Below are positions 9,967 through 19,344 of a DNA stretch of 64,000 nucleotides, piece after piece. Made by a program: the position numbers and the translations under genes. Position 1 is the first letter of the stretch, and each line of letters opens with the position of its first letter. The notes below the pieces were generated by a model, which did no database searches, was not told the origin of the DNA, and saw only the letters and a list, made by a program, of their open reading frames with translations. Origin of the DNA: Gemmatimonadales bacterium (GTDB lineage Bacteria; Gemmatimonadota; Gemmatimonadetes; Gemmatimonadales; Gemmatimonadaceae); the NCBI GenBank assembly GCA_039933915.1, contig JBDTND010000001.1, positions 5,090 through 69,089 of the forward strand, in the 5' to 3' direction.

Positions 9967-11172
9967 GCGCGTCCTTTTGCGGGCAGCCGCATCCTCCTCG
10001 GTGTCACCGGGGGCATCGCCAGCTACAAGTCAGTGTGGCTGGCGCGTTTGCTTACACAGGCAGGCGCTGAAGTAGACGTCGTGATGACCCGCAGTGCCCG
10101 CGAATTCGTGGGCGCAATCACATTCGAAGCCGTCACTGGCCGTCCTGTTCACACCGAGATGTTCGGACCTGGTCATGCTCTGGATCACATCCGGCTCGCG
10201 CGAGAGGCGAACATAGTCGTAGTCGCCCCAGCAACGGCTGACTTCATCGCACGCGCTGCACACGGTCTTGCCGACGATCTCCTCACCGCGGCGCTTCTTG
10301 CTGCGCAATCCCGGGTGTTCCTGGTGCCGGCAATGAACGACCGCATGTGGTCGCACGCGCAGACGAGGAGAAACGTCGCGCACGCGCGGACACTGGGCTA
10401 CGAGATCCTCGAGCCCGCGGACGGTCCGCTCGCAATCGGCGAAGGAAGCGGTCCGGGCCGGATGCCAGAGGCCGAGGAGATCATGAGCCACATTGGCCGG
10501 CTTCTAGAGGGAAATTCTTCGCTCAAGGGAAAGAAGATCGTCGTTACCGCCGGCGCCACACGCGAGCCGATCGATCCCGTGCGTTTCATCTCGAATCACA
10601 GCACTGGGAAGATGGGCATTGCAATCGCACGCGCTGCCTGGAGGCGCGGGGCGGATGTTACGTTGATCGTCGGCCACGTCGATGTTCCGCTCCCGAGCGA
10701 GATACGAACCTTGAAGACGGAGACAGTTCAGGAGATGGCGCACTCGGTCGCGGAGAATCTTCCGACCACTGACGTCCTGATAATGGCGGCGGCGCCGGCT
10801 GACTTCCGGCCCTCCGTGGAAGCGCCGGAAAAGATCAAGAAGGGGCGGTCGGCGCCGAAGATCGACCTCGAGCCAACCGTAGACATCTTGAAATCGACGA
10901 TCGCGAAACGAAAGAAGAAGAGCGTGATAGTTGGGTTCGCGCTGGAGACATCAGATGGAATCAACAACGCGAGAGAGAAGCTCGAGGCCAAAGACCTCGA
11001 TCTGGTCGTTCTGAACGACGCGAAAGAGCCCGGGGCCGGATTTGGCGTCGATACTAATCGCGTCACCGTCCTGACCCGCGGCGGCAAGCAGGAAGCGCTT
11101 GCCCTCATGTCAAAAACCGATCTGGCCGAGATTCTTCTCGACCGTATCGAAGAGGAGATACGTGGACGCTAG
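9967..11172 (+). CDS. coaBC: Bifunctional phosphopantothenoylcysteine decarboxylase/synthase
   Basis: [14 protein letters not shown] (lies upstream of ORF-track start 10033), [42 protein letters not shown]; start codon not canonical (see findings). Confidence 0.95.
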   Translation, partial: ARPFAGSRILLGVTGGIASYKSVWLARLLTQAGAEVDVVMTRSAREFVGAITFEAVTGRPVHTEMFGPGHALDHIRLAREANIVVVAPATADFIARAAHGLADDLLTAALLAAQSRVFLVPAMNDRMWSHAQTRRNVAHARTLGYEILEPADGPLAIGEGSGPGRMPEAEEIMSHIGRLLEGNSSLKGKKIVVTAGATREPIDPVRFISNHSTGKMGIAIARAAWRRGADVTLIVGHVDVPLPSEIRTLKTETVQEMAHSVAENLPTTDVLIMAAAPADFRPSVEAPEKIKKGRSAPKIDLEPTVDILKSTIAKRKKKSVIVGFALETSDGINNAREKLEAKDLDLVVLNDAKEPGAGFGVDTNRVTVLTRGGKQEALALMSKTDLAEILLDRIEEEIRGR

Positions 11173-12127
11173 AGCTCTGCTGAAGCGCTATCTGGAGCAG
11201 CGCCGCGAGATGGGAGAATCCGAGCTCGTACTCGACAGCCTCAACGTCGACGACGTCATGCGGCTGCTCGGCGCCGCCGGTAGTCGTCCCGCGAGAGCCG
11301 GACACGATCAATCTCCGCGTGAGTTGGCTGAGGGGATTGCCGGCGAGCGCGCGCAGGATTGGCGGTCTTCGCTCCGCGAGGCTGGCGTAAATGTTGACGC
11401 GCCGCTTTCAGCTCTCGATACCGCGGATCCCGCTCTCGAGGTCGCCCTGCCCGCGGCGCCTGTCGCGCCGATCACTCCGCCGGAGACGCCTGCCGAAATG
11501 CCTTTCGAGAAAGGACTCGTCGTTTCATCCGGTGAAGCCGAGCTGATTCCGAGCGCCATACAGAAACTCGATTCGCTCGACGAGATCGCGAAGTCAGTTG
11601 CGAAGTGCAAGCGCTGCCCGCTCTATGCGACCGCGAGCAACGCGGTGCCGGGGGAGGGAGATCCAGGAGCGGGGCTTGTCTGCGTTGGCGAAGCGCCTGG
11701 AGCAAAGGAGGACGAAACGGGCCGGCCGTTTGTCGGGCAGGCCGGGCAGCTCCTGACCAAGATTCTCGCCGCGATCGACCTGACGCGGGAGCAGGTTTTC
11801 ATCTGCAACGTGCTCAAGCACCGGCCGCCCGGAAATAGAAATCCGCTTCCGGAAGAGGTTGAAGCGTGCAGCCCGTACCTGATCAGGCAGCTCGAGCTGA
11901 TCAAACCGAAAGTAATTGTCGCTTTCGGAACCTTTGCGGCACAGACACTATTGCAAACCAAGACCCCATTGGGACAACTTCGTGGGCTCGTTCATCGGTA
12001 TCATGGAATACCGCTGATCGTCACCTATCACCCCGCCGCACTGCTGCGCAATCCGGCCTGGAAACGACCGACCTGGGAAGATGTCAAGCTCGCCCGTAGA
12101 ATTCTCGATAGCAGCTCCCGTTCGTGA
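11162..12127 (+). CDS. Uracil-DNA glycosylase family 4 ([4Fe-4S]) with low-complexity N-terminal extension
   Basis: CKRCPL, GEAPG, GRPFVG, NVLKHRPPGNR, YHPAALLR; GTG 11162 preceded by AGGAG. Confidence 0.93.
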   Translation: MDARALLKRYLEQRREMGESELVLDSLNVDDVMRLLGAAGSRPARAGHDQSPRELAEGIAGERAQDWRSSLREAGVNVDAPLSALDTADPALEVALPAAPVAPITPPETPAEMPFEKGLVVSSGEAELIPSAIQKLDSLDEIAKSVAKCKRCPLYATASNAVPGEGDPGAGLVCVGEAPGAKEDETGRPFVGQAGQLLTKILAAIDLTREQVFICNVLKHRPPGNRNPLPEEVEACSPYLIRQLELIKPKVIVAFGTFAAQTLLQTKTPLGQLRGLVHRYHGIPLIVTYHPAALLRNPAWKRPTWEDVKLARRILDSSSRS

Positions 12128-13481
12128 CCCCTACAAGGATCGCCGGCCGCCATACTCCGAAGACGCGGAGCAGGCGGTCTTGTCGGCGATGCTCATGGAT
12201 CCGGACGCCATTCTGCGCGCGACCGAATTCCTCGACGACACCATGTTCTATCGCGAGGGGCACCGGCGGATCTTTCGCGCCATGCTCGCGCTGTCGGAGC
12301 GCGGTGATGTAGTTGATCCGCTCACGCTCTCGGAGGAGCTCGGCAGGTCGGGCTCCCTCGAATCGAGCGGCGGAAAGGATTACATCGGATTCCTCGTGGA
12401 CGCCGTTCCAACCGCGGCGAACATCGAGTATCACGCCAAGATCGTCCGCGAGAAGGCCCTGCGCCGGCGGCTGATAGAAGTATCAACCGCCATCGTAGCG
12501 GAAGCGTTTGAGTCGGGCGCTCCCGCCACCGAGCTGCTGGACGAAGCCGAGCACAAGATCTTCGAGGTCAATCAGAGCCGCGGCTCCGAAGGCTTCATGC
12601 GGATCAAGGAGCTGCTCTGGCCGACGATGGAGCGGATCGAAGAGATCCAGCGCGGCGGCGGATCGATTACGGGTGTCGCCAGCGGATTCAAGGATCTCGA
12701 CGAGCTGACGGCAGGTTTCCAACCGTCCGACCTCATCATCGTCGCTGCGCGGCCGTCAATGGGAAAGACAGCTTTCGTGCTCAACATCGCCCAAAACGCG
12801 GCGCTGGACAATAACGTACCTGTCGCGTTCTTCTCACTCGAAATGAGCAAGGAGCAGCTGGTGCAGCGCCTGCTCACATCCGAAGGGCGGGTCGATGCCC
12901 AGCGGCTGCGCAAAGGCAAGCTGCACGACGATGAATTCGTCCGGCTCGGACGCGCCGCCGGAATTCTCAGCCACGCGCCCATCTGGATCGACGACACACC
13001 CGCGATGACGTTGCTCGAGATGCGATCCAAGGCGCGCCGGCTCAAAATGGAAAACAACATCGGGATGGTTGTCGTCGACTATCTGCAGCTGATGCAGGGA
13101 CCGACGAATACCGAGAGCAGGCAGCAGGAGATCAGCTACATCTCGCGCTCGCTCAAAGCTCTCGCGCGTGAGCTGCGGATTCCCGTCGTCGCGCTCTCGC
13201 AGCTCTCCCGCGCTCCCGAACAGCGTACCGGCGAGAACAAGCGTCCGCAGCTTTCCGACCTGCGCGAATCCGGCGCGATCGAGCAGGACGCCGACCTCGT
13301 CATGTTCATCTACCGCCAGGAGATGTACGACGGACCAACCGACAAGGACGGCAACGCGCTCGAAGGTCGGGCCGAGATAATAATCGGCAAGCAACGCAAT
13401 GGACCGACCGGATTCGTGAACCTCTATTTCAACAAGACCTACACGCGCTTCGAGAATCTGTCTCCCCGTCTCGAGAAGTGA
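12081..13481 (+). CDS. dnaB: Replicative DNA helicase
   Basis: PPYSEDAEQAVL, Walker A ARPSMGKT, FSLEM, DYLQL, LRESGAIEQDAD, KQRNGPTG. Confidence 0.97.
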   Translation: MSSSPVEFSIAAPVRDPYKDRRPPYSEDAEQAVLSAMLMDPDAILRATEFLDDTMFYREGHRRIFRAMLALSERGDVVDPLTLSEELGRSGSLESSGGKDYIGFLVDAVPTAANIEYHAKIVREKALRRRLIEVSTAIVAEAFESGAPATELLDEAEHKIFEVNQSRGSEGFMRIKELLWPTMERIEEIQRGGGSITGVASGFKDLDELTAGFQPSDLIIVAARPSMGKTAFVLNIAQNAALDNNVPVAFFSLEMSKEQLVQRLLTSEGRVDAQRLRKGKLHDDEFVRLGRAAGILSHAPIWIDDTPAMTLLEMRSKARRLKMENNIGMVVVDYLQLMQGPTNTESRQQEISYISRSLKALARELRIPVVALSQLSRAPEQRTGENKRPQLSDLRESGAIEQDADLVMFIYRQEMYDGPTDKDGNALEGRAEIIIGKQRNGPTGFVNLYFNKTYTRFENLSPRLEK

Positions 13482-14875
13482 GTCCCAAAGCAAAGACCGT
13501 ATATCGCTGCACCAATTGCGGCGCTGACCATCCCAAATGGGCCGGACGTTGCGACATCTGCGGTGAATGGAACTCGCTGGTCGAGGAGATGGCAGCTTCC
13601 GCGTCGGCGGCCTCTGCTTCCAGCCGGCGTATGCGCGGCCAGCAGTCGATGTCTGAAGGCGGGAGCGTCGCGCCAACGCCGCGCCTGCGCGATGTGAAAA
13701 GCTCGGCGGGCCGGCGCCTCAAGACCGGAATCAAGGAGCTCGATTTCGTGCTCGGTGGCGGGATCGTGCCCGGGTCGATGGTGCTCGTTGGAGGAGAGCC
13801 GGGAATCGGAAAATCGACGCTGCTGCTCCAGGTTGTCGGCCGGCTGCAGGAGCTTGGGCACTCGACCCTGTACGTGTCGGGCGAAGAGTCGGCCCTCCAG
13901 GTGAAGCTCCGCGCGGAACGCCTGCACGCATCGGCGGAAGACGTCGCGCTGCTCAACGAGACTCTGCTGGAGACGATCCTCGCGACGGCCGGCGCTCAGA
14001 AGTTCGATGTCATTGTCATCGATTCGATTCAGACGATTTTCACCAGCGATCTCGAGGGCGCGCCGGGGAATGTGGGTCAGGTGAGAGAATGCGCGGCGCG
14101 GCTGATGCGCTTCGCAAAGGAGACCGAGACGACGGTATTCGCGGTGGGGCACGTCACCAAGGGCGGCGGAATCGCCGGACCGAAGACGCTCGAGCACATC
14201 GTGGACACCGTTCTTTATTTCGAGGGCGAAGGGATGCTGGAACACCGCATCCTTCGCGCGACCAAGAACAGATTCGGCAGTGTTGACGAGATCGGCGTCT
14301 TCAGAATGACCGAGGAAGGCCTGATCGCCGTCGAGAATCCATCTGAGCTCTTCCTCGGCGACCGGCTCAACAATTCTTCCGGCAGTGCGGTCACCGCGCT
14401 GCTCGAAGGCTCGCGCCCGGTGCTCATCGAGATCCAGGGACTCGCGGCCAAAGCGGGATACGGAACTCCGCAGCGCGTGAGTACGGGGTTCGACGGGCGG
14501 CGCCTCGCGCTCCTTCTTGCGGTGCTCGACAAGCGCGCGGGCCTATCTTTCTCCCAGTTGGATGTGTTTCTCAATGTCGTGGGGGGAGTGAGGATGCAGG
14601 AGCCCGCTGGTGATCTCGCAGTCGCGAGTGCACTCGCGTCGAGCGTGTACGACCGCCCCGTCGCGAACTCCGCCATTTTTCTCGGCGAGGTCGGGCTCGG
14701 CGGCGAGATCAGGCCCGTTTCGCAGGCTGAGCGTCGCCTCGGCGAGGCCTCGAAGATGGGCATGACAACGGCATACATGGCGGAGCGGGGAATTCCGAAG
14801 CGGGGAACACGCGGCATCGAGATAGTGGGCGTCCGAACGATCAGTGACCTCTTCCGACAACTCTTCCACGCCTAG
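13478..14875 (+). CDS. radA: DNA repair protein RadA/Sms
   Basis: Zn finger CTNC...CDIC, GEPGIGKSTL, KNRFG, Lon-like C-terminal GEVGLGGEIR. Confidence 0.97.
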   Translation: MSPKAKTVYRCTNCGADHPKWAGRCDICGEWNSLVEEMAASASAASASSRRMRGQQSMSEGGSVAPTPRLRDVKSSAGRRLKTGIKELDFVLGGGIVPGSMVLVGGEPGIGKSTLLLQVVGRLQELGHSTLYVSGEESALQVKLRAERLHASAEDVALLNETLLETILATAGAQKFDVIVIDSIQTIFTSDLEGAPGNVGQVRECAARLMRFAKETETTVFAVGHVTKGGGIAGPKTLEHIVDTVLYFEGEGMLEHRILRATKNRFGSVDEIGVFRMTEEGLIAVENPSELFLGDRLNNSSGSAVTALLEGSRPVLIEIQGLAAKAGYGTPQRVSTGFDGRRLALLLAVLDKRAGLSFSQLDVFLNVVGGVRMQEPAGDLAVASALASSVYDRPVANSAIFLGEVGLGGEIRPVSQAERRLGEASKMGMTTAYMAERGIPKRGTRGIEIVGVRTISDLFRQLFHA

Positions 14876-15565
14876 ATGAAACGCGACGTCGGAGTGATTA
14901 TCCTCGCGGCGGGCAGTGGCTCGCGCACGGGATCCAAGGAGCTCAAGCAGTTCCGCTGGGTCGCGGGCAAGCCGATGCTCCTGCACAGCATCCAGACCTT
15001 TCAGGCGAGAGCCGACGTTGCGATGGTCGTGTGCGTTCTTCCTCGCGAGTTCGTTGGGGATCCGCCGCCGTGGATATTCCAGAGCGACGCGGAGCGGCTT
15101 CTGCTCTCCGTGGGTGGACGTCACCGCAGCGAGTCCGTCTACAACGGACTCGAGGATCTTCCGACCGAATGCGAAATCGTTGTGATTCACGACGCGGCGC
15201 GCCCACTCGTGTCGACGGAAACGATTGCCCGAGTGATCGACGAGGCGCGCAAGGGAAATGGAGCCGTTGCCGCGTTGCCCGTCGCCGATACGCTCAAGCG
15301 AGTGGACTCGAGCGGGAACGTCGTCGTGACCGTCGATCGATTCGGGCTCTGGAGAGCTCAGACTCCGCAGGCGTTCCCGCGCAAAGTCATCGAGCGCGCC
15401 CACCGTGAAGCGCGTGAGGCTGATCGGGTCGCAACCGACGATGCAGCTCTGTGCGAGGCGATCGGTCTTCCAGTCGTCGTGGTGCGCGGCAGCGAGCGCG
15501 CGCTGAAAATCACTGAGGAGAATGATTTCGCGTTGGCGGAGGCGCTAAGTATCTTCCGCGAATGA
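14876..15565 (+). CDS. ispD: 2-C-methyl-D-erythritol 4-phosphate cytidylyltransferase
   Basis: LAAGSGSR, KQF, IHDAARP, AQTPQAF, TDDA, KIT. Confidence 0.95.
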   Translation: MKRDVGVIILAAGSGSRTGSKELKQFRWVAGKPMLLHSIQTFQARADVAMVVCVLPREFVGDPPPWIFQSDAERLLLSVGGRHRSESVYNGLEDLPTECEIVVIHDAARPLVSTETIARVIDEARKGNGAVAALPVADTLKRVDSSGNVVVTVDRFGLWRAQTPQAFPRKVIERAHREAREADRVATDDAALCEAIGLPVVVVRGSERALKITEENDFALAEALSIFRE

Positions 15566-16233
15566 CAGCCCAGTCGATGGTCGTGCCGTTCTGGTCGCCC
15601 AAGGAGGTCGAGGCTGCCATCAATGGAACGCTCGCCCACCTGGCCGCGGGCAAAGTGCTCGCTTATCCGACGGAAACAGTCTACGGATTCGGCGGCGCGG
15701 TAGATGAGCGTTCAGTGCAGCAGCTCGTCGATCTCAAGGGTCGACCGCCAGGCAAGCCGTTTCTTCTTCTTGTCGCCGCAAGCGAGATGATCACGCGCCT
15801 CGGCCTTCACCTGACCGGCTCGGCTTCCAGTCTGGCCGCGCGATTCTGGCCGGGACCGCTGACCCTCGTTCTGCCCGGAGGGGAGAAGCGCGTGCCCGAC
15901 CGCTTGCGCGGGCCTGAAGGCGGCGTCGCCGTGAGATGGACGCCACACCGTTCCTTGTCGCGCCTCATTCTCGCGCATGGATATGCGATCACATCCACGA
16001 GCGCCAATCGACCGGGCGTTCCACCCGCGACGGCGGCGGATCAGATCGTCTCACAGTGGAGTGACGCCATCGGTCGCGGGACTCTTCGCGTTCTCGACGG
16101 CGGCCGCCTCGAGGCCTCCGAGCCTTCGACAGTTGTCGACTGCACGGGCAAGCTGCCGCGGGTGATTCGCCCTGGCGCCATTCCCGCGGCGACACTGAGA
16201 GAAAGCGTGCCTCATTTGGTCGGCGACGCGTAA
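15562..16233 (+). CDS. tsaC: L-threonylcarbamoyladenylate synthase (TsaC/Sua5 family, short form)
   Basis: YPTETVYG, KGRP, FWPGPLT, STSAN, PSTVVD. Confidence 0.92.
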   Translation: MTAQSMVVPFWSPKEVEAAINGTLAHLAAGKVLAYPTETVYGFGGAVDERSVQQLVDLKGRPPGKPFLLLVAASEMITRLGLHLTGSASSLAARFWPGPLTLVLPGGEKRVPDRLRGPEGGVAVRWTPHRSLSRLILAHGYAITSTSANRPGVPPATAADQIVSQWSDAIGRGTLRVLDGGRLEASEPSTVVDCTGKLPRVIRPGAIPAATLRESVPHLVGDA

Positions 16234-16235
16234 CG

Positions 16236-16682
16236 ATGAATATCCTCTTCGTCTGCAGCGGGAATACCTGCCGGAGCGCGATGGCCGAGTCACTTGCGCG
16301 AAAGATCGCCGACCGGCGCGGCATCAAGGATCTGAACGTCTCGAGCGCGGGAACGAACGCCTGGGACAACACACCGGCAACCGACGAAGCGCTCCTCGTC
16401 GGGATGGAACGAGGGCTGGATCTCACCGGACACCGGGCGAGAAAACTGACGTCGGCGATCGTCTCCGAGGCCGACCTGATCTTCGTCATGACGCCCGGCC
16501 ATTTGGAGCAGGTCAAACAGCTGGGCGGCCGGGGCAAGGTTCACGTCATAGACGAATACGCGTCGGGCACGTCGAACCAGGGTATTACGGATCCGTACGG
16601 CGGCAATCTCGAGGCCTATCGAGAGACAGCTGACACGCTCGAACGGGAGATCGAGAAATTGTTCGACCGCCTCGAGAGCTGA
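16236..16682 (+). CDS. Low-molecular-weight protein phosphatase (YwlE-like, probable arginine phosphatase)
   Basis: P-loop FVCSGNTCRSAMAE, SAG, ADLIFVM, acid loop DPYG. Confidence 0.88.
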   Translation: MNILFVCSGNTCRSAMAESLARKIADRRGIKDLNVSSAGTNAWDNTPATDEALLVGMERGLDLTGHRARKLTSAIVSEADLIFVMTPGHLEQVKQLGGRGKVHVIDEYASGTSNQGITDPYGGNLEAYRETADTLEREIEKLFDRLES

Positions 16683-16695
16683 GCGCGCGACTTCC

Positions 16696-17502
16696 ATGAT
16701 ACCAATTCCGGGGCGTCTCGTCCTGCTCGGCCATCCGGTCGGGCATTCTTTGTCGCCGCTGTTTCAGAATGCGGCTCTCCGGTCCGCGGGGATTGGGCTC
16801 ACTTACGAGGCGTTGGATGCGCGTCCGCGAGACCTCCACGCACTCCTGCGAGAGCTCAAGGAAGTAAATGCAGCGGGAAACGTGACGATCCCCCACAAGA
16901 TTGCGGTGCACGCGAGCTGTGACCAGCTAACTGATACTGCGTCGCGCGCGGGAGCCGTTAACACTTTCTGGTTCGAGTCGGGCAAGCTGCGCGGCGACAA
17001 CACCGACGTCGGCGGATTCGACGCCGCCGCAAAAGCGTTGCTTGGGGATGAGACCACGGGGGCGCGCGTGGTGCTGCTCGGAAGCGGCGGCGCTGCCGCG
17101 GCCGTGCTCGTGGCAATCGAGATGTGGCCCGGCGCCCATGTCTCTGTCGTTGCTCGCAACACCGAGCGCGCGACGAAACTCGTCCGACGATTTCAGGATG
17201 TCGCGCGAGTGGAAACGAGTGTGGAGCGGGCGCTCGCCGAGGCGACATTGATCGTGAACGCGACGCCGGTGGGACAGCGAGACGACGAGCATCCATTTGA
17301 TGTCGATCTGCTTCCGAAGACGACCGCGGTGATGGACCTGGTTTACAAGCGACAGGGAACGCCGTGGGTCAAGGCGGCACGAGAGAGAGGCAATCCGGCG
17401 GCGGATGGGCTGCCGATGTTGCTCGAGCAGGGTGCGCTCTCCTTCCGCCGGTGGTTCGGCGTCGACCCCGATAGGGAGGCAATGCGGCAGGCACTGCTCT
17501 AG
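16696..17502 (+). CDS. aroE: Shikimate dehydrogenase
   Basis: GHPVGHSLSP, NVTIPHK, GAVNT, GDNTD, GSGGAA, NATPVG. Confidence 0.95.
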   Translation: MIPIPGRLVLLGHPVGHSLSPLFQNAALRSAGIGLTYEALDARPRDLHALLRELKEVNAAGNVTIPHKIAVHASCDQLTDTASRAGAVNTFWFESGKLRGDNTDVGGFDAAAKALLGDETTGARVVLLGSGGAAAAVLVAIEMWPGAHVSVVARNTERATKLVRRFQDVARVETSVERALAEATLIVNATPVGQRDDEHPFDVDLLPKTTAVMDLVYKRQGTPWVKAARERGNPAADGLPMLLEQGALSFRRWFGVDPDREAMRQALL

Positions 17503-17570
17503 CCAGGATCGGAAGGCAGATCGGCATTGGGAAGAGCGTAGCGGGTGTCATCGACCTGCTGCTCCCGCGG

Positions 17571-18260
17571 GTGTGCGTGTCCTGCGACCGCCTGCTGTCG
17601 CGGATCGAGACCGGTATTGTCTGCAATCTCTGCTGGTCGCGTCTGCCGGTTCTTCCATCCCCCCAGTGCCAGCGGTGCGGTCATCCGATCTCAGTTGGGA
17701 GCTGCACATGGTGTCAGCTTCTCCCGCCCTTCGTCCGTGCCGCGAGGTCCGTCTGCTGGATGCCCGTGGAGCCGGCGTCCGGAATCGTTCACGCCCTCAA
17801 GTACGAAGGGTGGGCCGCTGTTGCCGACGAGATGGCGGAGCGGATGAGCCGGCTGGCGTGGCCACGGGACGTGGTGGAGGAGCGCGGCGCCCTCGTGCCG
17901 ATTCCGCTCGCCTCAGCGAGAAAGCGCCAGCGTGGCTATAATCAGAGTGCGCTTATCGCTCGCGCGCTCGGCAGGCGGTGGCGCATTCCTGTATGGGAGG
18001 ACGTCGTCCGACGGTCACGCGAAACTGCTTCGCAGACCCGGTTGACACCCGAACAGAGGCTGGACAACGTTGCAGGCTCGTTCGTCGCAGGCGATCGACA
18101 GCTCGAGACGATGCGCGGTGCGCACGTGATGATTGTCGATGATGTGGTGACGACGGCGGCAACGCTGAACACCTGCGCGCAGGTGATCTACGATGCCGGC
18201 GCGCGTATTATCAGCTACGTGACCTTCGGCCGCGCCCACGCGAGTGGCGACAGGCTTTAA
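17571..18260 (+). CDS. comF: ComF family protein (double zinc ribbon + phosphoribosyltransferase domain)
   Basis: Four CxxC pairs, [24 protein letters not shown]; conserved IDLLLP lies just upstream of the first canonical start. Confidence 0.9.
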   Translation: MCVSCDRLLSRIETGIVCNLCWSRLPVLPSPQCQRCGHPISVGSCTWCQLLPPFVRAARSVCWMPVEPASGIVHALKYEGWAAVADEMAERMSRLAWPRDVVEERGALVPIPLASARKRQRGYNQSALIARALGRRWRIPVWEDVVRRSRETASQTRLTPEQRLDNVAGSFVAGDRQLETMRGAHVMIVDDVVTTAATLNTCAQVIYDAGARIISYVTFGRAHASGDRL

Positions 18261-18279
18261 CCGAAATGGGGTAAGAGGA

Positions 18280-19311
18280 ATGGCAACGAGGATAGGCATC
18301 AACGGTTTTGGACGTATTGGCCGCCAGGTAGTCCGCGCCGCGAAGGGTGAAGGATTGGCTGGGCGCCCTTCGGGGCAGCTCGACTTCGTCGCGGTCAACG
18401 ATCTCACCGACACGAAGACGCTCGCGCATCTCTTCAAGTACGACTCGGTGCATGGCACCTATAAGGGCGACGTCGAAGCAGGGAAGGACTCGATCATCAT
18501 CGACGGCGACGAGATCAAGATTCTCTCGCAGAAAGATCCCGGCGCGCTCCCGTGGAAGGACCTGGGCGTCGACATAGTGCTCGAATCCACCGGCCGTTTC
18601 ACGGAAGCTGATGCCGCCAGGAAGCACATCACGGGCGGCGCCAGGAAGGTTCTGATCTCCGCGCCGGCCAAAGGCGAGGACATTACCATCGTCATGGGCG
18701 TCAACAGCGACAAGTACGATTCCGCGAAGCACACGATCGTCTCCAACGCCTCGTGCACGACGAACTGTCTGGTTCCGATGGTGAAGATCATCCGCGACAA
18801 CTTCGGCTTCAAGCACGGCTCGATGGTCACGATCCACAGCTACACGAACGACCAGCAGATCCTCGATTTGCCGCACAAGGATCTTCGTCGCGCGCGCGCG
18901 GCGGCGCTGTCGATGATTCCGACGACCACGGGAGCGGCGAAGGCGACTTCGCTCGTCATTCCCGAGGTGAAGGGCAAGATCGACGGCTGCTCCGTTCGGG
19001 TTCCGACTCCCGACGTGTCCTACACGATTCTCACCGTCGAGGTGGAGAAGGGCGGCGCCACCAAGGAATCGGTCAACGAGGCATTCAAGAAAGCAGCCGC
19101 AAGCGGGCCGCTTCAGGGAATCCTCCGCTACACCGATGAGGAGCTCGTCTCCAGCGACTTCATTGGTGATCCGGCGTCGTGCATCCTCGATTCAAAGACC
19201 ACCAACGTGATCGACGGAACGCTCATTACGGTTCAGGGCTGGTACGACAATGAGTGGGGATACGCCTCGCGCTGTGTCGACATGCTCCGCTTCATGGGGT
19301 CGCGACTCTAG
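18280..19311 (+). CDS. gap: Type I glyceraldehyde-3-phosphate dehydrogenase
   Basis: [31 protein letters not shown]; GAGG before ATG 18280. Confidence 0.97.
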   Translation: MATRIGINGFGRIGRQVVRAAKGEGLAGRPSGQLDFVAVNDLTDTKTLAHLFKYDSVHGTYKGDVEAGKDSIIIDGDEIKILSQKDPGALPWKDLGVDIVLESTGRFTEADAARKHITGGARKVLISAPAKGEDITIVMGVNSDKYDSAKHTIVSNASCTTNCLVPMVKIIRDNFGFKHGSMVTIHSYTNDQQILDLPHKDLRRARAAALSMIPTTTGAAKATSLVIPEVKGKIDGCSVRVPTPDVSYTILTVEVEKGGATKESVNEAFKKAAASGPLQGILRYTDEELVSSDFIGDPASCILDSKTTNVIDGTLITVQGWYDNEWGYASRCVDMLRFMGSRL

Positions 19312-19337
19312 TCCGAGGGTCGCGACTCTAGTCCGAG
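19297..19337. repeat. Perfect 20-bp tandem duplication (GGGTCGCGACTCTAGTCCGA x2) spanning the gap stop codon
   Basis: 19297-19316 is identical to 19317-19336, followed by one more matching G. Confidence 0.9.
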
Positions 19338-19344
19338 CTGAATC

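Noticed and set aside
12081-13481. Possible intein in dnaB
   Set aside because: Normal length (466 aa) with contiguous helicase motifs.
19297-19337. CRISPR-like repeat
   Set aside because: Only two directly adjacent copies, no spacer and no cas genes.
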